Assembly: GCA_009840135.1 (NCBI GenBank)
Contig: VXOH01000008.1
Coordinates: forward strand, 5,450-69,449
Source of the DNA: Chloroflexota bacterium
GTDB lineage: Bacteria; Chloroflexota; Dehalococcoidia; Lucifugimonadales; UBA3495
DNA: 64,000 nucleotides
Reading direction: 5' to 3'
The position numbers were made by a program, and so were the translations under genes. Shown here piece after piece: positions 30,702-38,061 of the stretch. How positions within the stretch are numbered: the stretch's first letter is position 1; each line of letters starts with the position of its first letter. The notes beneath the pieces are model-generated. The model was not told where the DNA came from and did not search any database. It was given only the letters and a program-made list of their open reading frames with translations.

Positions 30702-31847
30702 TCAATAGGACTTGAACAGCTTTCCCCATTCGGTCTTCAGTGCCCCGTTAATGCGGCTCTTGCCGTGGGTGTTCAGCCAGTAGCCGTTGTGGTAGATGTT
30801 TGATGCCATGTAGGCCCAGGCCGCGATGGGACTGCGCAGCAGGGCATTTTCCAGGAACTTCAGCGGCCCCCAATAGATCAGTTTCTGGCCCCGGCTGGCG
30901 AAGGTATTCTCCACTCCCGAAAAACCCCAGTTCACGCCGCTGATATCCTCCCCCACTACCTCGATCTGTGATACGTCACCGCACCCCAATCCACGCTCGT
31001 GGGCCAGCCGGATGAACTTCAGGCTCATGGGATCGAAGCCCATCATGTGAGCCGCCACGGCGTCAATGGCCACCTGGTCGGCGCTGGCCAGAATGCGGTC
31101 TTTTATGTGCCAGCGCATTGCCCGGGGACCGGGGCCGTCCCCCGCGAAAGTACCGTCCATCACCGCAAAGATTCCCGGATGGATTTCCTGCTGGATGGCC
31201 AGCAGGTCCACCAGGGTTTCATGTATAACCGAATGGGTCCAATGGCGCTTTCGGTGCAGCAGGCCCCCAAAGGCGTTCTTCATGGCGCCGGTCATGGTGG
31301 TGAAAACATGGGTCTTCATGGTGGGCAACTGGATGATGTTTTTGCCCGGGAAAATTTCAGGAATTTGAATGCCCTCGGGGAAAATGTCGTCCAGCACCAG
31401 CATTTCAGCTCTGGGCTTGTAATCTATCCAGACGTTTGGGGGCGTATCCAGGTGCACTGTGGGCAGGTCGTACTTGTCCTGGACCGCATTATGCTTGTTG
31501 TTTTCCTCTCCTTCGTAGGAATCCACTACCACCGTGCCGTTGTGTGCGGCGATCAATTCCTGATGGCCCAGTCCCTGCAAGGCCTTCACTACCCCCTCCA
31601 GTTGCCAGGGAGTGGTGGAGCAACCCGGATACCAATGTTGCCACGAAATGTTGATTTTCAACAGCGTCGCCAGGTCTCGTGACAATACCCGTTCCACGCC
31701 GGCCAGCGTCATGGCGCGGCCCACGTCTTCGAGAACGCTTTCGGGCCGGGTCGCAACCACCGAAACCACGGATTTTCGGGTCTCGCCCGAAGCAGGGAGC
31801 TGAGGGAATACCACCGTCGAAGGGGCTGGGTTTTGGGACTGCTGCAT
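30702..31847 (-). CDS. DUF362 domain protein (candidate LarA-like enzyme, see findings)
   Basis: The DUF362 hallmarks LLKINIS...TTP and LPTMKTHVFTTMTGAMKNAFGGL are present. 381 aa with no Fe-S Cys cluster. Confidence 0.75.
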   Translation of the reverse strand: MQQSQNPAPSTVVFPQLPASGETRKSVVSVVATRPESVLEDVGRAMTLAGVERVLSRDLATLLKINISWQHWYPGCSTTPWQLEGVVKALQGLGHQELIAAHNGTVVVDSYEGEENNKHNAVQDKYDLPTVHLDTPPNVWIDYKPRAEMLVLDDIFPEGIQIPEIFPGKNIIQLPTMKTHVFTTMTGAMKNAFGGLLHRKRHWTHSVIHETLVDLLAIQQEIHPGIFAVMDGTFAGDGPGPRAMRWHIKDRILASADQVAIDAVAAHMMGFDPMSLKFIRLAHERGLGCGDVSQIEVVGEDISGVNWGFSGVENTFASRGQKLIYWGPLKFLENALLRSPIAAWAYMASNIYHNGYWLNTHGKSRINGALKTEWGKLFKSY

Positions 31848-31874
31848 CGTGCTTAACGCTCCGTCCTGGGTCCG

Positions 31875-32864
31875 CTACGGGCCTCCATAGAGCAGCAATA
31901 CCGCTCCGGCCACGATCAACCAGGCCAACACCGATAATACCATAGGAAGGTCTTTGGCTATGAGCAGTTCCGGGTATTCGGCCTGGTCGCTGGTATGCAC
32001 CAGGTAGAGAAATCTGAACAGGCCAAAACACACCAGAGGGATAGTGAGCAGCATGGCGTCATTGTCCGGCAGGTTGGCTGCCTCAATAGTGTAGAGAGCG
32101 TAACTGACCAGAGCAGTGCCCGCGCTTATGTTCAGCAGTTGACCCACAAAGGCAGGTGGATATTGCCGCAGCACATGACGCTGGGCCCCCAGGTCCTCTC
32201 CCGCCAGCCTTACCTCCGAGTAGCGTTTTCCCAGGACGACAAACAGGGCCGCGGCTCCGGTGGTGGTGTAGAGCCAGGGTGATGGGTCAACACCTATCAC
32301 CAGGGCGCCCACAACCGTTCTGATGACATAGCCGCTGGCTACCAAGAGAACGTCGATTACAACCAGGCGCTTCAACCCCAGGGAATACACCAGGTTGATT
32401 GACAGGTAGAGTATGCCCACCGCTCCCAGCAAGGGCTTCACCAAGGCCAGGACCGCTACCCCCGCCACCGAGAGGACGGCCAGGAAGGACAGGGCCAACG
32501 CAGTGCCCACCTGTCCCGACGCCAAAGGGCGATGGCGCTTGGTCGGGTGGTTCCCGTCGGATTCCCGGTCCAGGAGGTCGTTAAACAGGTACACTGCACC
32601 TGACAGCGCGCAGAAAGCCAGGGCGGCCAGCAACACCTGGAAAAGAAGAGCGGGAACCTCCTCGAGCGCCGAAGGGTTCCACGCCAAGTCCACCGCAAAC
32701 AAAAACGGCAGGAACACCAGGCCGTTCTTTATCCACTGCCTGGGACGAAGAGCCGTCAACAAGGCCAGGCCGACATTGTGACGACCCTTTTGTCTATCCT
32801 TTTCCGCTCCTGCCGGGCTATCCACGCCCTTGACCCCCTCCGGCTTCGGGCAACCCGGATTCAT
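31875..32864 (-). CDS. UbiA-family prenyltransferase, decaprenyl-phosphate phosphoribosyltransferase (DPPR synthase)-like
   Basis: The segments LRPRQWIKNGLVFLPFLFA and NDLLDRESDGNHPTKRHRPLASG (the Asp-rich motif of the DPPR-synthase subgroup) are present, with multiple transmembrane segments. The ATG has an AGGAGG Shine-Dalgarno. It overlaps the upstream gene by 47 nt. Confidence 0.8.
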   Translation of the reverse strand: MNPGCPKPEGVKGVDSPAGAEKDRQKGRHNVGLALLTALRPRQWIKNGLVFLPFLFAVDLAWNPSALEEVPALLFQVLLAALAFCALSGAVYLFNDLLDRESDGNHPTKRHRPLASGQVGTALALSFLAVLSVAGVAVLALVKPLLGAVGILYLSINLVYSLGLKRLVVIDVLLVASGYVIRTVVGALVIGVDPSPWLYTTTGAAALFVVLGKRYSEVRLAGEDLGAQRHVLRQYPPAFVGQLLNISAGTALVSYALYTIEAANLPDNDAMLLTIPLVCFGLFRFLYLVHTSDQAEYPELLIAKDLPMVLSVLAWLIVAGAVLLLYGGP

Positions 32865-33816
32865 GGGCTCCGCCTCCTTCCTCCTTTGGGTAGCGCCGCC
32901 TCACCCCGCTCCATTGGAGCCAACCAAAAGCGGCGAAACCGACCAGCACGGCCAACCAAAGGGTGACGAGACGGACAATCAAGGTGCCAGCCGCAGCGGC
33001 ATCGCGGCCCGCACCCATTTGTTGCAGGAGGGTAACCATGGCGCCCTCAGTACCCACCAGTCCTCCGGGCAGGGTCGTGACCGCGCCGGCCAATAAGGAG
33101 CCCGCGTAAATCGGCAGGGAAATCAGGAACCCCAGGTCTGCGCCCAGCCCCTCCATTACCACCCACAATGCCACTCCCTCGCTCAACCAGGCTGCTAGGC
33201 CAAGGATTGAGGCTACGAGAAGGGGCACAGGCCGAGACAACGTCCGCACGCCTTCCCTGGCTTCGACAATGTCGGCCCTCCATCGGCGGATTATGGGCAA
33301 ATCAAGAACGCGTTCATCCTGTCGAGCAGTAGAAAAATAGGCAACCAGCACCAACCCCGCAACAACGGCAACCAGAATGGCTGATACAAAAGCCGGCAAG
33401 AGCGCCAGACCCACCAATGCCATCACCCCTATGGCCACGAGGTCAGTTATGCGTTCCATCAATACTGCCGGCGCTGAGGTTGAAACGGGAATGCCCGCTT
33501 GGTCGCGAAGCAAATAACACTTCAAGAGTTCGCCCAGCTTGCCCGGGGTAATAGTCATCGCCAGCCCGGTAAGAAAAATGAGAATGCTGAGCCGCAGCGG
33601 CACAGAAACAGCGAGAATCTTGAGGTAGTAAGCCCAGCGAAGGAACCGAAGCAGGTAGTTGAGCAGTGCCAGGCCCACCGCCAACAGCAGCGAAGGGAAA
33701 GGAAAACTTGCCATGCGTCCCGAAACCTCCCGGACATCGCCGTAACCGGCCAGTCCGGCAAAAACAAAGCAGGCGAGGACCCCGACAATCAGCAGCTTCT
33801 TGCCCAGGTTAGCCAT
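32818..33816 (-). CDS. Flippase-like / lysylphosphatidylglycerol-synthase transmembrane-region family membrane protein (UPF0104)
   Basis: 332 aa and polytopic, with family-like segments LNYLLRFLRWAYYL and ITPGKLGELLK. It overlaps the end of larB by 8 nt. Confidence 0.65.
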   Translation of the reverse strand: MANLGKKLLIVGVLACFVFAGLAGYGDVREVSGRMASFPFPSLLLAVGLALLNYLLRFLRWAYYLKILAVSVPLRLSILIFLTGLAMTITPGKLGELLKCYLLRDQAGIPVSTSAPAVLMERITDLVAIGVMALVGLALLPAFVSAILVAVVAGLVLVAYFSTARQDERVLDLPIIRRWRADIVEAREGVRTLSRPVPLLVASILGLAAWLSEGVALWVVMEGLGADLGFLISLPIYAGSLLAGAVTTLPGGLVGTEGAMVTLLQQMGAGRDAAAAGTLIVRLVTLWLAVLVGFAAFGWLQWSGVRRRYPKEEGGGAHESGLPEAGGGQGRG

Positions 33817-34627
33817 GCACGGAAACCAGCCGGTTTATTTGCGCCGCCAGGTACCCGGCTCCAAAACCGTTGTCAATGTTGACGGTAGCTACGCCGGGGG
33901 CGCAGCTGTTGAGCATTCCCAGGAGCGCGGACAGGCCTTCAAAACTGGAGCCATAACCGACACTGGTCGGCACCGCAATCACAGGCGCGGAAATCAATCC
34001 GGCAACCACGCTGGCCAGCGCCGCTTCCATGCCGGCCACTACCACCACAACGCGGGCCTCTATCAAACGGTCAAGGCTGGCAAGCAGTCGGTGAAGTCCG
34101 GCGACCCCCACGTCGTTAATGCGTTCCGGCGGGCTGCCCATAAGGGTGGCCGTGAGGGCTGCCTCCTCTGCTACGGGAAGGTCGGCAGTGCCGGCAGTTA
34201 CCACCGTCAGTCCGGACAGACTGGGAAGCGGGGCGTCCGCAGGAACTACGATGGCTTTGGCCAGGAGATTGAAGACAGCATTGGGCGTTATCTTAACGAC
34301 TGACTCAAAGGATGTCTCATCAGTCTTGGTAACCAGGACCGGATTACCCCGGTCCTTCAGGGACCGGACAATTCTGGCAACCTGGTCCGGAGACTTGCCT
34401 CGGCCCAGGACCACCTCGGGAAAGCCGGTTCTCAGCGGGCGATGGTGGTCTATCCTGGCAAATCCCAGGTCTTCGAAGGGGAAATCCCGCAGGTAGGCCA
34501 GCAAATCTTCCACACTGGTGTCGCCCCGCTGCAGTTCTTCCAGCCGGCGGCGCAAGTCCGAAGTAGTCATCTGAATTCGCAAGTCCGCAGTCGCAGTTTG
34601 AATATCCCTACGCGCCATCATAGGCAA
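33809..34627 (-). CDS. larB: LarB, NaAD carboxylase/hydrolase for nickel-pincer cofactor synthesis (PurE-like)
   Basis: The segments TVVTAGTADLPVAEEAALTA, VVVVAGMEAALASVVAG and PVIAVPTSVGYG are present. The start is ambiguous among TTG 34627, ATG 34621 and ATG 34570. Confidence 0.85.
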   Translation of the reverse strand: MPMMARRDIQTATADLRIQMTTSDLRRRLEELQRGDTSVEDLLAYLRDFPFEDLGFARIDHHRPLRTGFPEVVLGRGKSPDQVARIVRSLKDRGNPVLVTKTDETSFESVVKITPNAVFNLLAKAIVVPADAPLPSLSGLTVVTAGTADLPVAEEAALTATLMGSPPERINDVGVAGLHRLLASLDRLIEARVVVVVAGMEAALASVVAGLISAPVIAVPTSVGYGSSFEGLSALLGMLNSCAPGVATVNIDNGFGAGYLAAQINRLVSVHG

Positions 34628-34708
34628 CCCGTTCCAACAGCGTCAAGAAAGGGCAAGTCGCGGCAGGTCTTAGCGCGGTACTGCAGGCAACCCTTGCGCG
34701 TCCGGGCG

Positions 34709-35464
34709 TCAGCACGCGGACAGGAGGGGCAGTATCACCTGCTCAATTGCCACCGCCAACCCATCCTCCTCAACAGGAGGAGCCACAAAGTCAGCTATAT
34801 GCTTCATTTCCTCAGGGGCCGATGCCATGGCAATGCGGAATCCGGCGACCTCCAGCATGGGAAGGTCATTGTAACTGTCTCCGGCCGCTATGAACTGCCG
34901 GGTACTCATGCCCTGGATTTCGGCAAGGTGGCGCGCGGCCTCTCCTTTGTGAACTCCGGCCGCGGTAAAATCCACAGCCCACCAACCGTTGTAATGAAGG
35001 TAGACCTTAACCACGTGCAGGTTGTCCTCGGTCCCGAACATGGATACGAACTCGTCTGCTTCCTGCTCAGGAATATCCATGGCAGAAATGCGGGTAAGGT
35101 CCCATTGGCTTATCTGACTCATGGATGTTGCGTCGCCGGAGGGATGCGTGCCAATGAAATTTATGCCTTTTCTGTCCAGGAGCTCGATGATCCTGAGCGC
35201 CTGTCCCGCTTCCATGTGGCTGTTCCAGAGCAACTTCCCGTCCCTGGGGTCCAACAGTGTAGCTCCCCCGTTACATATCTGGGGAGCGTCAAGGCCCAGT
35301 TGTCGGGCGTACGCCATCAGGTCTGAAGCTCTACGGCCGGTGGCAATGGAAACGGGGATGCGTTGGGAAACCGATTCGATTGCTTGCTGAACCCGCTGAG
35401 AAATGGTGTCGGTTACCATCAGGGTTCCGTCCAGGTCCACCAGCATGGCTGAAAAGCGAGTCAT
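34709..35464 (-). CDS. HAD-IIB (Cof-type) phosphatase
   Basis: Motif I is MLVDLDGTLM. The cap domain is present, and the C-terminal motif is AAGDSYNDLPML. Confidence 0.8.
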   Translation of the reverse strand: MTRFSAMLVDLDGTLMVTDTISQRVQQAIESVSQRIPVSIATGRRASDLMAYARQLGLDAPQICNGGATLLDPRDGKLLWNSHMEAGQALRIIELLDRKGINFIGTHPSGDATSMSQISQWDLTRISAMDIPEQEADEFVSMFGTEDNLHVVKVYLHYNGWWAVDFTAAGVHKGEAARHLAEIQGMSTRQFIAAGDSYNDLPMLEVAGFRIAMASAPEEMKHIADFVAPPVEEDGLAVAIEQVILPLLSAC

Positions 35465-35554
35465 ACGCCCTGCGGACCTGCGTGGGTTGGACCGAATCGC
35501 CGAACCGATTCCGTTACCCGGCAGTTACTCCTACTTAAGATGTGACAAGTATCG

Positions 35555-35941
35555 TCAACTCTCCCGTTCATTTTCCTCCGCCTCCCTTTGCGCCCGCTGC
35601 TGTTCCCGGAGAGAGGAGTACATGGCCCCCATGGTGCCCATGCTGCCCGTGTAAAGGGTTAGCACTATTACGCCCAGCCACACCAGCACCTTCACCCGGG
35701 AGTCGTCGAACAGGGCAATCAACAAGAAAGCCACCCCTACCAGAATTACACCCATTGTCAGGGCCAACAACGAACCGAAAATCAGCCCGTGCAAAGCGTA
35801 ATGTCTCCCGGGGTTGGGGGCAAACTGAATTCCCCAGTAGCCGGCAATGAATGGTCCTGCGGGCCCAAGAATGAAGTGGGCGATAGGGACCAGAAAGCAC
35901 CCTACCATAATGGCCAGCCCGACCAGCACTCCTACAAGCAT
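35555..35941 (-). CDS. Small integral membrane protein with a charged C-terminal tail
   Basis: 128 aa, four hydrophobic segments, and the tail REQQRAQREAEENERES. No family was recognised. Confidence 0.5.
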   Translation of the reverse strand: MLVGVLVGLAIMVGCFLVPIAHFILGPAGPFIAGYWGIQFAPNPGRHYALHGLIFGSLLALTMGVILVGVAFLLIALFDDSRVKVLVWLGVIVLTLYTGSMGTMGAMYSSLREQQRAQREAEENERES

Positions 35942-36308
35942 GGGCCCCTCTTATCCCTGGTTTGCAGCATCGCCGCTATTCCTGGAGCGGAAGTGATTTT
36001 AGCACAGCTCGTGCGCCGGTTTGTTGGTGGCGAGGAGTTTCAGGAACTAAATCTACGCAACGTGGCTTAAGGCCGTTCCTGGCAAGCAATGTCGACTGAA
36101 GGTTCTTCGGTAGTACAGTTCCGAAAAGTATAGGAGCACTGATATCTAGGACCTTCTCCCGCCTGATTGGGGGAATCTCAACGGTTACGCGGGACCGGTT
36201 CTGCCGGGACCGGCGCCTCCACTCGCCCGGATCGTTGTAATCCGTCTTTTATGGCGCGTGAGATAGTGCTATAATTTCCAGTGCCGTTACGGGTAGGAGG
36301 TAAACGTC

Positions 36309-36737
36309 ATGAGAATCCCTATGAAAGTGGACTATGGCGTCCGTGCCCTGGTGGAATTGGCGATGCATTATGGCGAAGGCCAGGTGCATACCTCCGAGAT
36401 AGCTTCCAAGCAGGGAATACCCGAGTCCTATCTGGTCCAGCTCATGACCACTCTGAACAGGTGCGGTTTCGTTCAGAGTCGTCGAGGTCCCCAGGGTGGC
36501 CACATGCTGGCTATGGACCCTTCCACAGTCAATTTGCACATGATCATGACCACTCTGGATGGGAACAACTCACCTCTGGACTGCATAACTTACCCGACGG
36601 ACTGCATATTCGCCGATTCATGCGCCCAGCAGGAGATTTGGAAGTCCGTGGAAGAAGCGGTCCAGAACGTCCTCACCAATATAACCCTTGAACACCTGGC
36701 TCAAAGGCAAGAATACCTTTCGGCCCAAAATGCATAG
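36309..36737 (+). CDS. Rrf2 family transcriptional regulator (IscR/CymR-like)
   Basis: The segments KVDYGVRALVELAMH and the wHTH SEIASKQGIPESYLVQLM are present. An AGGAGG lies 8 nt upstream, and an extended -10 TGCTATAAT is at 36267..36275. Confidence 0.85.
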   Translation: MRIPMKVDYGVRALVELAMHYGEGQVHTSEIASKQGIPESYLVQLMTTLNRCGFVQSRRGPQGGHMLAMDPSTVNLHMIMTTLDGNNSPLDCITYPTDCIFADSCAQQEIWKSVEEAVQNVLTNITLEHLAQRQEYLSAQNA

Positions 36738-36804
36738 CGCCTGACCTGGTCCATGCCTTCCTTGCAAGAATTGACCCGCCAGCTAGGAAAAACCAGGCCT
36801 TTCC

Positions 36805-36833
36805 TTGACAATCCGATAGGCGGGGGATAGACT
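36805..36833 (+). promoter_or_regulatory. Sigma-70-type promoter (TTGACA-N17-TAGACT) for the leader of the E1 / cysteine synthase operon
   Basis: The -35 hexamer is exact, the spacer is 17 nt, and the -10 fits TAnnnT. Confidence 0.6.
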
Positions 36834-36844
36834 CTAGTCCAGCG

Positions 36845-36898
36845 ATGAATAGTAGCTATCGGGTAAGAAATCGAAGTTGCACCTGTCCCTATACATAG
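36845..36898 (+). CDS. Candidate 17-aa leader peptide MNSSYRVRNRSCTCPYT (Cys-codon sensor)
   Basis: It is below the ORF-track size cutoff. TGC-ACC-TGT sits at and just before the 5' arm of hairpin 36882..36906, and the stop codon lies inside that hairpin. There is no obvious Shine-Dalgarno and the ATG is very close to the predicted transcription start. Confidence 0.4.
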   Translation: MNSSYRVRNRSCTCPYT

Positions 36899-36928
36899 GG
36901 GGCAGGTTAAGAATTCCGGCGAATGGAG

Positions 36929-36978
36929 CCTGCGCCCGCCCAGACTGGGCAGCCCGAAGGGGTGCGGGTTTTTCTTTT
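36929..36978 (+). terminator. Leader terminator / attenuator with an overlapping antiterminator segment
   Basis: CCCGC (36935-39) pairs with GCGGG (36964-68) and is followed by TTTTTCTTTT. CCTGCGCCC (36929-37) can instead pair with GGGGGCAGG (36898-906). Confidence 0.6.
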
Positions 36979-37100
36979 GCCTCGGATAAAGCCAATTTCT
37001 CATAGCGGCAGTTAGAGTTGCCACTACACAGGTCGCCCCAGGAGGCCGTATTGGGCCATAGGCAGTTTTCCTGCCGATTCTGAAGGAGGGTTTGCTAACC

Positions 37101-37943
37101 ATGACGCAACAACCACTGGCTCTAACCCCCGAACAGGTCAAACGTTACAGTCGCCACATCATCATGGGTGATGTGGGCAGCGCAGGACAGCGCAAGCTCA
37201 TGCAGTCCAAGGCCCTGATAGTAGGAGCGGGTGGGTTGGGTTCTCCCTCGGCCATTTACCTGGCCCTTGCCGGTGTGGGCACCCTGGGTATTGTTGATTT
37301 CGATGTGGTGGAAATATCCAACCTGCAGCGTCAGATTCTCCACCATTCCGACGACATCGGCCGCCCGAAGCTGCAATCGGCCATTGACAACATCCATGCC
37401 TATAATCCCGACGTCAAAGTTGTTCCCCATGAGGTACGGCTGGAGTCGGACAACGCCATTGAAATCATCAGTCAATACGACCTGGTAATCAACGGGGCGG
37501 ACAATTTCGCCACCCGCTACCTGGTCAACGATGCGTGCTACCTGCTGAATAAGCCGCTGGTGGATGGAAGCATCCTCATATTTGACGGCCAGTCAACCTT
37601 GTTCCTTCCCGGACAGGGATGCTATCGCTGCCTTTTCCCGTCGCCTCCCCCTCCGGGCATGGTCCCTAATTGCGCGGAAGCCGGCGTTCTCGGCGCCTTG
37701 ACCGGCCTCGTGGGCAGCATCCAGGCCACTGAGGCCCTTAAGTATTTCCTGGGCATCGGAGAAAGCCTCTGCTCCAGGCTCCTCCTGGTGGACGCCTTGA
37801 GCATGAGTTTCCGCGAGGTGAAGTTGAAGCGCAATCCGGCATGCCCGCTGTGCGGCGAAAATCCGACCGTAACTGAACTGATTGACTACGAGATCTTCTG
37901 CGGAGTAGCGGAGCCGGAGGCGGTTGGGGCCGCCGACAACTAA
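37101..37943 (+). CDS. ThiF/MoeB/HesA family E1-like adenylyltransferase (sulfur-carrier activating enzyme), with no rhodanese domain
   Basis: The segments RYSRHIIM, the nucleotide loop VGAGGLGSP, and the zinc motifs CYRC and CPLCG are present. The ATG at 37101 follows GAAGGAGGG. Confidence 0.85.
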   Translation: MTQQPLALTPEQVKRYSRHIIMGDVGSAGQRKLMQSKALIVGAGGLGSPSAIYLALAGVGTLGIVDFDVVEISNLQRQILHHSDDIGRPKLQSAIDNIHAYNPDVKVVPHEVRLESDNAIEIISQYDLVINGADNFATRYLVNDACYLLNKPLVDGSILIFDGQSTLFLPGQGCYRCLFPSPPPPGMVPNCAEAGVLGALTGLVGSIQATEALKYFLGIGESLCSRLLLVDALSMSFREVKLKRNPACPLCGENPTVTELIDYEIFCGVAEPEAVGAADN

Positions 37944-38061
37944 GCTGTGCAGTCTGATCAGGTCTTCACAGTGGGTGTTCCAACCGTGTGGAGGGGAGGA
38001 AGCTCCGCCGCAATGTTGGGGCCGAAGAAAACGCAGGGGGAGGATTAAACTGGTAAGCGAT

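Noticed and set aside
34442-35326. A 294-aa + strand ORF.
   Set aside because: It is antisense to larB and the HAD phosphatase gene, with no motifs.
36841-36940. Possible Cys T-box riboswitch: GCGAUGAAUAGUAGC resembles a Stem I GA motif, UGC is followed by A, and UGGA could match a U73 discriminator base.
   Set aside because: There is no T-box consensus (GGGUGGUACCGCG-like), and no Stem I in which the UGC sits in a specifier loop closed by pairing with the 5' end. The leader-peptide attenuator explains the same nucleotides better.
36701-37141. A 146-aa minus-strand ORF across the Rrf2-to-E1 spacer.
   Set aside because: It covers a promoter, hairpins and a terminator that read coherently on the + strand. 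It has no motifs and no Shine-Dalgarno.
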